Positions 23,601 through 34,106 of a stretch of 61,013 bases of DNA are shown here, one piece after another. Every line of letters begins with the position of its first letter. Position 1 is the first letter of the stretch. Below the pieces are notes generated by a model. That model did not search any database and was not told the DNA's origin. It saw only the letters and a program-made list of their open reading frames with translations. Made by a program: the position numbers and the translations under genes. The DNA is from Trichomonas gallinae (taxonomy: Eukaryota), in contig MRSU01007270.1 in the NCBI GenBank assembly GCA_008369845.1, positions 1 through 61,013 on the forward strand. Reading direction: 5' to 3'.

Positions 23601-25473
23601 AATTACTTTCTTCGATTGCAATATTGAGTGCTTCATTAATTTCAGGGTTTGTTGCTTTTTCTGCAAAAATTCTTACATCAGCATAATTATTTTCCCTTGT
23701 TGCTTCTAAAATCTTTTTATTTTTGTCAAGACGAAAGTTTTCAACTTTTCCGCAAATTTCATATATTCTGTCAGTACTGAAAATAGAAAAATAGTGCAAA
23801 ACTCTTGATCCTCTAACGCCTTCTTTGTGATAAAATGTTGCTAAAATTTGTGCCATTACATCTGTCGAAAGAATACCAACTGATTTCTGGATGATTTTTG
23901 TAAATAAAGCATCTTCATTCATTGTAAAAATTCCTGGAATTTTAATGAAATATTCGAGAGCCATTTTTGCTGATTCAATGAATGTTGAATAAAATGGTGC
24001 TGAAGGCTCAGCTTTTTGGAACATATTAAATAAATCATCACCATGTAACTTAAACAAACATTTGACTGCAGGAATTCTTTTTTCTTGCAATGCCACTTCG
24101 AGATAAGTTTTACCGTTGATTTTGATGAAAATATCTGGCTCATTTTCCATTAATAATTCATACATTTCAAATGAGTTGTTATATAGCAGTGAATTATATA
24201 ACTCGTTTAAATCTGATTTTGTCGGTAAATGATTGTCAACGAAGAATTTAACTGTTTCATCTTTTTGATTAATTATACCTAACAACAGTAAATTTTGATT
24301 ACTTGAATTTCTTATAAGTGGATCATAACCAAGTGAACACAAATAAGCCATACAATCATAAGCGCCAGATTTAGCTGCCTGAAACATCAAATTATTGTCG
24401 CCTTCAGTGAAATCTGGATTTTTCGGGTCAAAAAAAGTGAAAAATTTCTTGAGAAAATAATGTTTCTTATTATTAACAATAGAATGCGCAACTGTTGGAT
24501 AATCAGCGTCTGGTGGTAATTTGTATGTTGCTCCACGTTTCAGTAATGATTCTAGTATTTCAGTATTGAAATCATTGTCTGATTCAGCTGCAGCAAGTAA
24601 TGGCGTGGATTTAATTCTCGGCCAATATTGATTGACATCTGCTAAATTACATTTCAATATTTCTTCAACGCATTTTGATGCATTTGATATTGCGCTGATG
24701 ACTAAAACGAATACACTAGGAAATTCAGCAGTAAAATGTATGCATTTCGGTTTATCCTCTAATATAACTTGAAACATAGGTGCTATAGGTTCTGCATCTT
24801 CGTCTGTGCATCTGACAGCTTGACTTTTTGTTGACAAAAATTTTAGAGCTTCATAATCATCTTTATGAACCGCATTGTAAGCTAAATCGAGAATTTGCTT
24901 TTCTGTGAATTTTAATACTTCTATACTCTTGCTTAGTATCCTTACATTGAAATTTTCGCTGAGAGTTTCGATAGTAATCTTCGGATTTTTTATTTTCGGT
25001 AAAATTAGATCAAAAATTTCGAAATTTCCTTGTTTTATTGCTTCTAATAATGCTTGATTGAGTTTTTCTTGTTTTGCTGAGTTATATTTATTTCGAACAA
25101 CTGCATAATTGTTATTTTGAGCTGCTATAACTATATCTTGTTTTTTACTGAAAGGAAAATTCGGAATTTGTGCGCAAATACTTGACATATCGGGTGAATT
25201 TCCAAGTAATTTGAAAAAATGTAAACATCTCGAGCCTCGAACATTTTCTTTGTTAAAATAGTAATTAAAAACAGCTACAATGCTAGACATTTGTGGTTCC
25301 GCTTTTTCAATTATTGAAATTATTGTATTTTCATCCAATAAATTGAAATCTTGATGGGAAACAATCGATTCTAACATGGTAGATGCAGTTTTTATGTATG
25401 ATTCACGTGTATCGTTAGGTGTTTTCGGATCCAAAAGACCAGAAATCACTTCGGATATCGTGGATTTTGACAT
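20680..25473 (-). CDS. Large ankyrin-repeat protein with a triplicated module
   Basis: Many ankyrin motifs (TPLLAAA, TALVVSI, GQTALFYAV). Probable ATG at 25473 (MSKSTIS); the preceding sequence is promoter-like. Confidence 0.9.
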   Translation of the reverse strand: MSKSTISEVISGLLDPKTPNDTRESYIKTASTMLESIVSHQDFNLLDENTIISIIEKAEPQMSSIVAVFNYYFNKENVRGSRCLHFFKLLGNSPDMSSICAQIPNFPFSKKQDIVIAAQNNNYAVVRNKYNSAKQEKLNQALLEAIKQGNFEIFDLILPKIKNPKITIETLSENFNVRILSKSIEVLKFTEKQILDLAYNAVHKDDYEALKFLSTKSQAVRCTDEDAEPIAPMFQVILEDKPKCIHFTAEFPSVFVLVISAISNASKCVEEILKCNLADVNQYWPRIKSTPLLAAAESDNDFNTEILESLLKRGATYKLPPDADYPTVAHSIVNNKKHYFLKKFFTFFDPKNPDFTEGDNNLMFQAAKSGAYDCMAYLCSLGYDPLIRNSSNQNLLLLGIINQKDETVKFFVDNHLPTKSDLNELYNSLLYNNSFEMYELLMENEPDIFIKINGKTYLEVALQEKRIPAVKCLFKLHGDDLFNMFQKAEPSAPFYSTFIESAKMALEYFIKIPGIFTMNEDALFTKIIQKSVGILSTDVMAQILATFYHKEGVRGSRVLHYFSIFSTDRIYEICGKVENFRLDKNKKILEATRENNYADVRIFAEKATNPEINEALNIAIEESNYEIFDYLDMIVKFTKYEYDSLCKCNNAKIIETILRRVGYTEEELHNLAQIAVMKENIDTLKLIKRKKPSVFSMDWETENSNSLFCYSLINNKPNACLFLFDPDLENLLQIAVGFDAYQCVEKILDNNLANINSWTKESETALVVSIKYDRLRMLKLLLDHGADIKLPKESKYPSAVHCCVYYNRYEMLNEFMKLFDIKKLEEEYTEKDLMYFAAANGCYDCLEILIENGLDPYIKYNFENERNPLLVGICNNQIETVQFFIDSKLKTSTDENELFEAIKLDASMDIIKLLVENEPDMNKTLNGENYHQFAAKLHKVEIVKFLLKTSDSLIISALLDQNLTNEDKTTYIEIAAELFDKINKHEDFAKLDNEILIKILQNLQQPTNDDIAIIFKILYQKSGVCGSKCLHYLPKLNNSDIEKILQNIKNYPYSRNRDLIETVSENNYAELRLNINRSSPTALKEAFSIALQRDQKETLEVIINNEKSMEFILEQISSITDKKLLEKIFSHDNFKDNDLNTIAKKAIDFGNYNLIQAISPKLSRINTTDMTPFVYALKYDKVKMVQILFTIQINNPLDIAARYNAVNSAKFMLNNNLVENNTKSTALIVAIENNSSNVFDLLLEFNTSWLLDDNSSFPTAMHAAAFYNRYQMLKTLISKRSIQSPELNTDNSDLMYFAAKGGAYDCIGFLIENGMNPYKSYQLTRRYCPLMVGVYYEQIDTVKYFIDHQMVTSTDGRELSVAISNNAPLALIKLLVDNEPDLNITVNKESFLVTAIKAQRADIVKYLLKSGADINFNNPLNQCADYIEMDVFNVMLSYGAVPRKIPLNILYSPEMLKVVLNYFPRDTLINIYSDILLKLDDKSIPTALTFHKYLPSIINQVNTYGLPPLIYYTSVGNEAIVKLLLEDFKADPNVKDSKGQTALFYAVTKIEHKIMKLLIEHGTDKKIKNDYGDTARDKIFSDTLRNEFDNCRRQLYV

Positions 25474-25938
25474 ATCAACGAAATTGATAATTTTGACATG
25501 TAAAATTGTTTTTGACAATAAAAATGTCAAAAATGGTTTTTGACAAAATGATTATCACGAATTTAATGCTGCTCTTCGAAGAACTTATTGAAAACAGAAC
25601 AGAGATAAGCCAGATTGGAAATAAATGAATGCTGTAATTATCAAGGATTCCATATTTTCCTTTGTTTTTTTTAATTGTGTTAAACCGTCCCTTCAAAAAT
25701 AATCCATACCCTCAGATTTTACAAAATCGTGGAGAAAATAGATAATTCTCCTGTTCTAGATTGGCGGGTATAGTTTGAAACACTTGATATCTCGCCTTTA
25801 TAGAACATGAAACATCTAATTTCGATAGAATTTACATCAAATTCTAATCAAAATATTATAAACGCTAATTTTGAATCTTCATAATGCACTTTCATTCAAA
25901 CTTACATGTTAAACACATTTAATGCATAGATCTTTAAA

Positions 25939-27009
25939 ATGAAGACAAAAAAACTTCTTATTAATTCTTTTATTCATACAGACTTTGCGCCTCAATGCAT
26001 ATGGAATATGTTCTATCCAAAAAAAGTAGAAAAAAGTTATATAAATGAAAAAATTACAAATAAAGTAGATAATCCAAAAGATAAATACATTTTCTTTTAC
26101 GATTGCTTCTTCTTTGGTTTTAGAGGAGGATGTATTGATATACATAATAAAAACGAACTTAAATGTCTTATCAGTTTCTGCAGATTTTCGAATAACTCAA
26201 AATTTGGATCTAGCGGTTGCATAGCTCTTTATGGAGATAATCAAATTGTTCAGCATCGACTATGTTTATATGACATAATACCACAGTATTTTTTTGCTTT
26301 TTGTTATGCATATATTTCTCGTTATAATTATAACTATTATATAGAAAATTCATTGACACAAGGCAAAAGTTCGAATTATGGTGACCATGTTTATTTAGTT
26401 AATGGTTTGATTCAATTTTCTTCAACGAATTCAAGTGGAAATGATGGAAATGAAAGTCCTGGATATAAATTATTAAGTCCTACATCAAATTTTTCATTGC
26501 CATCTATTATAAACTATTCGACATTCGAAGGAAATAAAGCAGATCATTACATTTTAAGTCTTTTATCTATGGATAAAGATAGATATTACATTTTCACAAA
26601 GTCAAACATACTAAACAACACAATACTAAATGCTGGTCATTTATGGTCATATGCAGACACAGCTACATCCTCTTTTGAAGTCATTGATTGCAACTTTTTT
26701 GGAAACAAAGGTGGTGTATTGTTCGAAATATCTGGTGGAAAAATGAATGTCAAAAATTGTTCTATTGACAATTTTACTCATAATGGTCATCATGGTTACA
26801 CTATTTCAAACGAGTTAATTGACACAAAAAGTATGGTACATGTTCTGTCTCATCACTCAACTCATGGATGCAAAGCAGTTTTGCCCCAGTTTATTCACAT
26901 AAAATTTTATGGTCGCAGCTATTTGAACTATGAGAGCGAAACTATTCAACAAACATATTCATGCAAATACAAGAAATTTTTTCGTGGGTCAGTCAAAATC
27001 ATTGTCTAA
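25939..27009 (+). CDS. Asn/Cys-rich trichomonad family protein, probable beta-helix fold
   Basis: 356 aa with FCRFSNN, YSTFEGN, DCNFFGN and GGCI motifs. Same family pattern as 10403-11344. Confidence 0.65.
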   Translation: MKTKKLLINSFIHTDFAPQCIWNMFYPKKVEKSYINEKITNKVDNPKDKYIFFYDCFFFGFRGGCIDIHNKNELKCLISFCRFSNNSKFGSSGCIALYGDNQIVQHRLCLYDIIPQYFFAFCYAYISRYNYNYYIENSLTQGKSSNYGDHVYLVNGLIQFSSTNSSGNDGNESPGYKLLSPTSNFSLPSIINYSTFEGNKADHYILSLLSMDKDRYYIFTKSNILNNTILNAGHLWSYADTATSSFEVIDCNFFGNKGGVLFEISGGKMNVKNCSIDNFTHNGHHGYTISNELIDTKSMVHVLSHHSTHGCKAVLPQFIHIKFYGRSYLNYESETIQQTYSCKYKKFFRGSVKIIV

Positions 27010-27149
27010 GACTCCCTCATCATCCAACAACTACATTTTTGAACACTTTTATCTTCTTTCACTCATTTTCACACTTTATGCTAAAATTTATTTATTATTT
27101 TATTTAGGGTGACCCCCTATTTATAAAATAAAAGTGACAAAAAAATAAA

Positions 27150-28802
27150 ATGCTGCCCGATTGGGGAACAATGGGAAGAAACTTTCAAAAATTCTTCAAT
27201 GATGAAGAGTTCATAAAAATTAGGAAAATAGAAGATATATGCAACATTTTAGATCATGCAAATTTAACATTTTTCCAATTTAAAACATTTTTTGAATTAA
27301 TTATTAAAAATAGGTCTAAATGTGATGCATTACAAGTTCTTTATCATTTAAATGTCGATTTAGGCGAAAATCCAGAAAATGTATTTTCGGCAACAATTTT
27401 AATAATAAATAGCTTCAAAATTCCAATTGTAAACTACTTAAAACATAGACTGATGAATATGCATCCGAACATGGAGCCACAAAATTTCTCGCGCAATAAT
27501 GAAAATTTAGAAAAAAAGCATTCGCATTTATTAGAAATTTACAAAGGAATGAGAGATGATATGGGAAGCATCAGAACAATTTTGACTTCTTCAAAGCAAA
27601 AGAACTTTTCAACCGTTGACGGACTGAAGTCTTTGATAGATTCGGCTCTTAATATAAGTTTTCAGCATTCTTTAACTGTCAATGATTCGATAAATTATTT
27701 TCACATGGACGATTTTGACAAAATTTACAATTATTTCAATAATGCATCAATTAATGGAGAAAACTATTTAATCGAAGAGGCAAACATATTTGGATTAACA
27801 GATGTCACGCAAAATTATTTCAATAATCATCCGGAAGAAGAGGAGGAAAATATTTTGTTGGTTGATGATGAAAGTCGTGAGTTAAAATCATATAATGTTT
27901 TGCTAATGGCATGCTATAGGAATAATTTAAATCTCGTTAAAACGTTGATTGACAATGGTTGCAACAGAGACTTCGTTGGAGCATTTAATAAGAACGCTTT
28001 AATAGTTGCAGCATCAAAAGGTAACATTGACATTGTAAAATATTTGATTTCAATCGGATTCGATAAAAACTACAGATCAAGCATTGATGACAAGATTATT
28101 ATGCATCCTTTGCCTGGCTTAGATGCAATGCAAGCTGCATGTATGAATGGGCATCTAAATGTCGTCGAATATTTCATAAATCTCGGCTGTGATGTTAACT
28201 CGAAAGATGGAATCAATAGATCTTGTCTATATTCCGCAGCAGAGAATGGTCATCTTAATATAGTTCAGTATTTATATAACAAAGGAGCTGATCCAAATGT
28301 TGATGTTCTTTTTGGTGATAATGCAATGCTTGCTGCTTCACAAGGTGGATATTTACAAGTTGTCAAATTTTTGCATTCTGTTGGATGCGATGTGAATTCA
28401 AAAGGTTTCTGCGGTCGATCATGCATCTATAAAGCATCAGAGAATGATCATCTTGACGTTGTTAAGTTCCTAGAAGAGAATGGAGCTGACCCTGAAGTCA
28501 AAGATGACAACGGTTTGGCTGCAATTCATGTTGCAGCATCTAACAACAATGAAGAAGTTCTCAAGTTTTTAATTACGTCTGGATGCGAGAAAAATTCTGT
28601 TACAAATGATGGATCAACGCCACTACATCTTGCTGCTAAGAGTGGATGTGTTGAATGCGTGAGATATCTTGTCAAAATTCGTGCGAAGCTTAATGAGAGA
28701 GATTCTGAAGGGAAAACGCCATATGAATACGCTAATATGCTCTCAGAGATTGATGATAACTTCATTGAAATTAGAGATATACTGATTCATGAAATTCTAT
28801 AA
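27150..28802 (+). CDS. Ankyrin-repeat protein
   Basis: About 8-9 ankyrin repeats in the C-terminal half (GSTPLHLAAKSG, AAENGHLNIVQYL). AAAAGTGAC upstream. Confidence 0.95.
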   Translation: MLPDWGTMGRNFQKFFNDEEFIKIRKIEDICNILDHANLTFFQFKTFFELIIKNRSKCDALQVLYHLNVDLGENPENVFSATILIINSFKIPIVNYLKHRLMNMHPNMEPQNFSRNNENLEKKHSHLLEIYKGMRDDMGSIRTILTSSKQKNFSTVDGLKSLIDSALNISFQHSLTVNDSINYFHMDDFDKIYNYFNNASINGENYLIEEANIFGLTDVTQNYFNNHPEEEEENILLVDDESRELKSYNVLLMACYRNNLNLVKTLIDNGCNRDFVGAFNKNALIVAASKGNIDIVKYLISIGFDKNYRSSIDDKIIMHPLPGLDAMQAACMNGHLNVVEYFINLGCDVNSKDGINRSCLYSAAENGHLNIVQYLYNKGADPNVDVLFGDNAMLAASQGGYLQVVKFLHSVGCDVNSKGFCGRSCIYKASENDHLDVVKFLEENGADPEVKDDNGLAAIHVAASNNNEEVLKFLITSGCEKNSVTNDGSTPLHLAAKSGCVECVRYLVKIRAKLNERDSEGKTPYEYANMLSEIDDNFIEIRDILIHEIL

Positions 28803-29133
28803 AATATTTTTAAAAAATTACGTATTTTTAAACACTTTCAAACCTTTTAATGCTATATTTGATATCGATATAAATTGTCATATTATTGCAAAAATAACAT
28901 TACATAGAAATAATTTTTTGATTTTATATTTTAGATTTATAACCAAGCTGCAAACAGTTGTATGTTTTAGGCCTAAATACATCGAATATTTGATCATAAT
29001 TTTCAATAGTTTTAAAAATTTAAAAAACAACAAAATATAATTTGAAAAATTAGAAATAAAATGATTTCATAGCAAATATGATAGTAAAAACAATGTATTT
29101 AGTCTAATATTAAATGTATAATATTCGAATATT

Positions 29134-29634
29134 TCAATTCAAAACTTTTTCGAAGGCAAGTCTTGGTTCTCCTCTCATCATCACTTCACCGCAATGTTTA
29201 TAATGCATTTTTTCAAGAATATGAAGCATTGCACCATTATCAAAGTTAGTATCAACCTTGATACTAAAAACATTTCGTGATTTCGCCAATTCTTCAACCT
29301 TTTGGAAGAGAAGAGTTCCAATTCCGCGTCCTTTGACACAATCAGGCGTGGCAATGCGATGCATCACAACATAATTTCCTTCAGTGAGCCACTTGCCTTT
29401 AATGTCCATATATGCGGGATCTATACCAAATATGACAGCAGAATAAGCAATTAACGATCCATTTTCTTCAATAACGTAACCATTTCCTTTTTCAATATCA
29501 TCATGGATAGAATTCTCATTTGGATATCCTTTTTGCCACTGCTGTGATCCTTCTGCCTTCCTGCGTGCAATGGCCTGTTTTATTATTTCCCAGATTCCAT
29601 TTTGATCCTCAAAAGTAGCCAGCCTAAAATTCAT
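29134..29634 (-). CDS. GNAT-family N-acetyltransferase, bacterial type
   Basis: QQWQKGYPN, HRIA..KGRGIG (acetyl-CoA motif A), KVDTNFDNGAM and CGEV..RLAFEK. Probable start MNFRLAT at 29634. Confidence 0.92.
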   Translation of the reverse strand: MNFRLATFEDQNGIWEIIKQAIARRKAEGSQQWQKGYPNENSIHDDIEKGNGYVIEENGSLIAYSAVIFGIDPAYMDIKGKWLTEGNYVVMHRIATPDCVKGRGIGTLLFQKVEELAKSRNVFSIKVDTNFDNGAMLHILEKMHYKHCGEVMMRGEPRLAFEKVLN

Positions 29635-29809
29635 TAAAAATTTTTGTCGTTTATCGTTAAAATTTTGTTTACATGACAAAATGTATAACCTTATATTTTT
29701 TTAAATGTTTTATTCAAGCTATGCTAAGATTCTTTAAAGAATAATGTCCATCTGTACAATTATTGTTATTCAAAATACACTTAAATATATTCATGATCAT
29801 TCGAAATAA

Positions 29810-30065
29810 AATCAAAACACGATTGTTGATTGCTGCAAAAATCAAAGCAGTTCTTCCACTATCATCTTTTACTTCAAAATTTGCACTAAGTTCAATCAAT
29901 TTCGAAATGGAATCAACAATTGTTGGTTGCTGATGCAGCAATAAAAGCAGTAATTCCATCATCATACTTTGATTCAATATTTGCACGAAGTTCAAGCAAT
30001 TTTGAAATAGAATCAATATTATTGCTGAATGTTACTAAAGTCAAAGCAGTTGATGCTTGATTCTG
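29810..30065 (-). pseudogene. Ankyrin-repeat gene fragment
   Basis: TALTLVTFSNNIDSISKLLELRANIESKYDDGITAF, then a frameshift, then VDSISKLIELSANFEVKDDSGRTALIFAAINN. No proper start. Confidence 0.8.
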
Positions 30066-30203
30066 ATTTGTTTAATCAGTTTCGAATTAAAAGGGATTTT
30101 GTTGTATTATTATCAAATTATCAAAATCAATAAATTATTATATTATTTGTTATTATAGTGATTAGAAAAATATAATCTAAATAAAAAAAATCAAACATAC
30201 AAT

Positions 30204-33200
30204 TTATAAAATTAAGATTTCCATAGATTCTCCTAAGCTACCGACTTTAACAACATGTGACAAGCGCATTCCTGGCATTAATTTGGAAGTGCAAATGATT
30301 TTTTGCCAATCAGCATATTTGAACATTGAATCTGTGTGGAGCAGAATAGAATTAGGAAAATAAACGCTCCAAATGCCGTCTTTCAACTGAGATTTAGTAA
30401 TAACATCATTTTCAACTGAAATTGCGATCTTGACGTCAATATCATTAAGCACTGCTATTTCTCTGGCTATTTTTGAGAACTCTATTGCGTCTTTCTGTTG
30501 CTGTCTCGATTGAAAATCTTCATAAAATAAAACATAAAAGCAAAACCTTTGTTTCTCGCATATAAAGAATGTAACAAACTGAACAAACAAGTCTTCAAGC
30601 CTAGAACTGTAATCTAAGAACAACTCATTATCCAATTTTTCAGAAAAGCAAAAATTAACGACTGTGATTGCAGGAATGTGTACTGGCTTGTCCCTTTGCA
30701 GCAGTGGCGGAATAGTAAAGGCCAGTTGAATGTCTTTCTTTAATCTCTTTAATTGTCTTCGTTTATGCGTCAAACTGCTGTAATCATCTGATACAACAAC
30801 TGAGTCACACTTGAGCTCCAAAGATTTAAGTTTTGATCTGCCAAACATATTATATATATAAAAATGATTAATATTTTCTGGATCAATGACTTCATTTGGA
30901 ATTGACCCGAATTTTGTGCCTCTTATGTCGCCAAATACATCACGGGCAATTCCATTTGAGTCAACTACGATGTTTTTGTGGAAATAAAATATTGGAACTG
31001 GAAAAGAAGCGAATATTTCTTTGTCGATGGCATTAGGTGGGTTTTGGAATCCAATGAAGTTATTTTGGGAATCAAAGAATGGATTATCTTCTTTTGGAAT
31101 GCAAATTATTCTATTTATCAGATTTACTGATGTTACATATCTGCTAACAAGTGAAGACGTGTAGTTAAACATGATGAGAAGGAAAGCAAGGTATACAAAT
31201 GGTGCAACAATGATTGTAAAGAGAATTAGATTATAAATATCTGTTTTTTGCTCAACAACATCATCAATGAGGTGCAAAGTTGGATAAGAGCAATATATTG
31301 TTGATGGTATACACATTCTAATGACTTCTGTTAGATTTGAGCCATATTCTGCTGCAGTAATTAAAATTATTTGATCTCTGAACATAATTGTTGAAGAATT
31401 GAAGAAGTTTACATATGTAGACTGGTTCAAAGCTGAAATAGTCTCCTTCATTTCCTCCATTGTGTAGTCTTTCGCTTGTAAAAATGTTGGATGAACTATT
31501 TCTTTATCAGAAATGTTATAAACTCCATCAAAAGTTCTCATTGCGATTTTGCTAACGATTTGAAGAATGTATTTAAAATCTTCAGCTAATATCTGTAAAA
31601 TTGCTGAATTATTTTCGACTTCAAGCATAGAAGGCAGAAGAACTGCATTTTGAGCAATAGAACATGACGCCTGTGTTATATATATTGAGCAAGAAACGAA
31701 ATTAATGTATCTGTTGTTAAATCGATTTAAATCGAAAATAAATAGATAAGAAATGAGAATTGGAATGAAAGTGAAGAAATATATCATTAACAAGCCCTTC
31801 CATATTGTGTTCGTCTTCGGAATTTTAGAATCATCGAATTTCAACAATTCATTGTATTTATGATAGACTTCTAGTGCAAAACTTTTGTTCAAACGCATTG
31901 GCTGGCATCCATGATATGTGATGACTTTTTTGCCGAGTCTCCAGATAAAGAAATAAGTAACAATGCAAATAACTAATCCTATTATATTAAAAACCATTAG
32001 AATATAGGCATCACGATTTGTTTTCGTTCTGAGATCGGATATTTCGTCTACAATATCTTTTGCTTCAGTGCAAAAAAGATTTATTAATTGTAATGTAGAT
32101 AATATTGATATTGAGAAATTACCTGTCTCTAATGTTTCTAATATATCATTAGAAGCTTTTGATATGATTGCGCTCGCGTTTTCATCCTTTTTGAAAAGAT
32201 TCGATTTTGAAATATTTTCTAAGCTTGAAATCATAACTTGTTTGTCATACTGAAATGAAGAATTTCCTTTTTGGATATTATGCACATATAAAGGAATTGA
32301 CCAAGCTGGAATAATATTGTAGAATAATTCATATATTTCTTGAACTCGAGAATTCGTTTTGAATGTTCTGTTAACTGAATATGTAATAACAGAGAAAGAG
32401 ATTACTGCTATTAAAATAACGAAAATCGTGATTAATCCAATCATTGAAATCAAAATCTTGAAATTCTTTGGTCTTTTCTTTTCTATCGATTTTGATCTTT
32501 GCAAATATGATTGATCTAAATCATCAATGATCGAAATCTCAGATGATTCATCTGAATATCCAACTTTTTCTGATTCTTTTGTTTCTGAGTCAAGTGTGCA
32601 GTCATGTTCAATGTCACAAAGCTTATCTGGAGTAAAGATTATGTTTCTAATAAAAGGAATATAATCAGAAATTAATTCTTTGTGTCTTTCGAAGAATGGT
32701 TGTGCACTTTGAACTGTCTTAGCTATATCATGTAGACACTTCCTTACCAATAAAGGATTATCTTGAATAATATAATACCAAAGGTTTTTATAAAGCCTAT
32801 AGCAGCTAATTAGTATCTGTTCCGTATAGCTGGATCCATCATGATTTCCAGAAGCTATGAATGTTATCGATCTAAGCATAGATGTAATATAAAAATTTGT
32901 AGAATTTAGAATTGCGAACTTATTAGTGAACTTAAGGATCTCTTTATGCGCCGATGAGTCATATAATTTGTATAAAATTGCGAAAACAACAATCGAATTG
33001 TTACTAGGAAATGCTTGGAAAACTTTTTCAGGAAAATTGGCTGAAAAACGTGTTTGATCGGCATTTAAATCTGCTTGGCATAGTATTCTGCATAGTCTGC
33101 GAATCGTATAGTTACATGGTTCGATTGAATCTTGTGATTTTATGTGCTTCGTGATATTACGAAATGAGAGGAATGTATGCATCACTGCAACAATACAGCA

Positions 33201-34106
33201 CACTGATGCAGTTGTTATTATGAATATTAAAGCATATGTTGGATTAATTTCGATAATTTTCACGAAAAAAAGGACTGCATTCGAAAACACTGAGAAGAAT
33301 GTCATCAAAAACGATAAGATGACGTGGAAATGATTGTTGAAAAGTGGTGTTGAAAACTCTAAATATGAAATATAAATCCCATATATGAAATTTAATGAGG
33401 AAATGAATGTGACTGTATATGATTCTACAATGGAATACTCAATGTAAGTAAAACTAAGCAAGCTAATTGTCAAAAAAGCGTAGTATTGAAGAGATACAGT
33501 AACAATAGGAGAAATGTAAGGTAATTTTCCCATTCTTACATCTGACATCAATCTTACAACTCCAAACATCGATATTGGCAGTGAAATTATCGTTAAAATA
33601 ACTAAAAATAATGAATCTCCGTTTTCATGTATGATATAATCAAAAGATGAGCTAAAAAAGCATACTAATAAAAGTGATACGAAGCATGGAGATAGAATAT
33701 CGAAGGTTGAATTGAATATATTGACTGATCTTGATAAGACTGCTTTTGAATGCATTTGATGAACTCGAATACAGAAGGAAATTAGGCATAAAATCAGTAT
33801 CAAAAGTATTGGATATAGTGCATAGTTCGTAAAAATTGTTTCTGTGACAAAATCGCTATTAAAACCTAGAAATCTGCGGATTTGTCTTAATGTATTTGGT
33901 ATTTGGCGTTTTGTATATCGTAATACAGATATATATGTTGATGATATTATGTGAAACGAAAGAATAAAACAATTTAAAAATGCAATTATGTATTCACCAA
34001 CGATTTGTATCTTACTTACTGCACCCAGATCATCAAACATCCTGCAGAAAGTAAGAAAAGGATTCAACACTTCGATGTTAGCAAGTTGTACTTGCTCACT
34101 GAGCAT
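30204..34106 (-). CDS. Multi-pass transmembrane adenylyl-cyclase-like protein with a degenerate cyclase domain
   Basis: N-terminal TM bundle, later TM pairs, PAS-like FPVPIFYF..VVDSNGIARDVFG, coiled coil, and a C-terminal class III cyclase-like remnant (DVKIAIS...WSVY). Canonical catalytic motifs are not recognisable. Confidence 0.6.
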   Translation of the reverse strand: MLSEQVQLANIEVLNPFLTFCRMFDDLGAVSKIQIVGEYIIAFLNCFILSFHIISSTYISVLRYTKRQIPNTLRQIRRFLGFNSDFVTETIFTNYALYPILLILILCLISFCIRVHQMHSKAVLSRSVNIFNSTFDILSPCFVSLLLVCFFSSSFDYIIHENGDSLFLVILTIISLPISMFGVVRLMSDVRMGKLPYISPIVTVSLQYYAFLTISLLSFTYIEYSIVESYTVTFISSLNFIYGIYISYLEFSTPLFNNHFHVILSFLMTFFSVFSNAVLFFVKIIEINPTYALIFIITTASVCCIVAVMHTFLSFRNITKHIKSQDSIEPCNYTIRRLCRILCQADLNADQTRFSANFPEKVFQAFPSNNSIVVFAILYKLYDSSAHKEILKFTNKFAILNSTNFYITSMLRSITFIASGNHDGSSYTEQILISCYRLYKNLWYYIIQDNPLLVRKCLHDIAKTVQSAQPFFERHKELISDYIPFIRNIIFTPDKLCDIEHDCTLDSETKESEKVGYSDESSEISIIDDLDQSYLQRSKSIEKKRPKNFKILISMIGLITIFVILIAVISFSVITYSVNRTFKTNSRVQEIYELFYNIIPAWSIPLYVHNIQKGNSSFQYDKQVMISSLENISKSNLFKKDENASAIISKASNDILETLETGNFSISILSTLQLINLFCTEAKDIVDEISDLRTKTNRDAYILMVFNIIGLVICIVTYFFIWRLGKKVITYHGCQPMRLNKSFALEVYHKYNELLKFDDSKIPKTNTIWKGLLMIYFFTFIPILISYLFIFDLNRFNNRYINFVSCSIYITQASCSIAQNAVLLPSMLEVENNSAILQILAEDFKYILQIVSKIAMRTFDGVYNISDKEIVHPTFLQAKDYTMEEMKETISALNQSTYVNFFNSSTIMFRDQIILITAAEYGSNLTEVIRMCIPSTIYCSYPTLHLIDDVVEQKTDIYNLILFTIIVAPFVYLAFLLIMFNYTSSLVSRYVTSVNLINRIICIPKEDNPFFDSQNNFIGFQNPPNAIDKEIFASFPVPIFYFHKNIVVDSNGIARDVFGDIRGTKFGSIPNEVIDPENINHFYIYNMFGRSKLKSLELKCDSVVVSDDYSSLTHKRRQLKRLKKDIQLAFTIPPLLQRDKPVHIPAITVVNFCFSEKLDNELFLDYSSRLEDLFVQFVTFFICEKQRFCFYVLFYEDFQSRQQQKDAIEFSKIAREIAVLNDIDVKIAISVENDVITKSQLKDGIWSVYFPNSILLHTDSMFKYADWQKIICTSKLMPGMRLSHVVKVGSLGESMEILIL

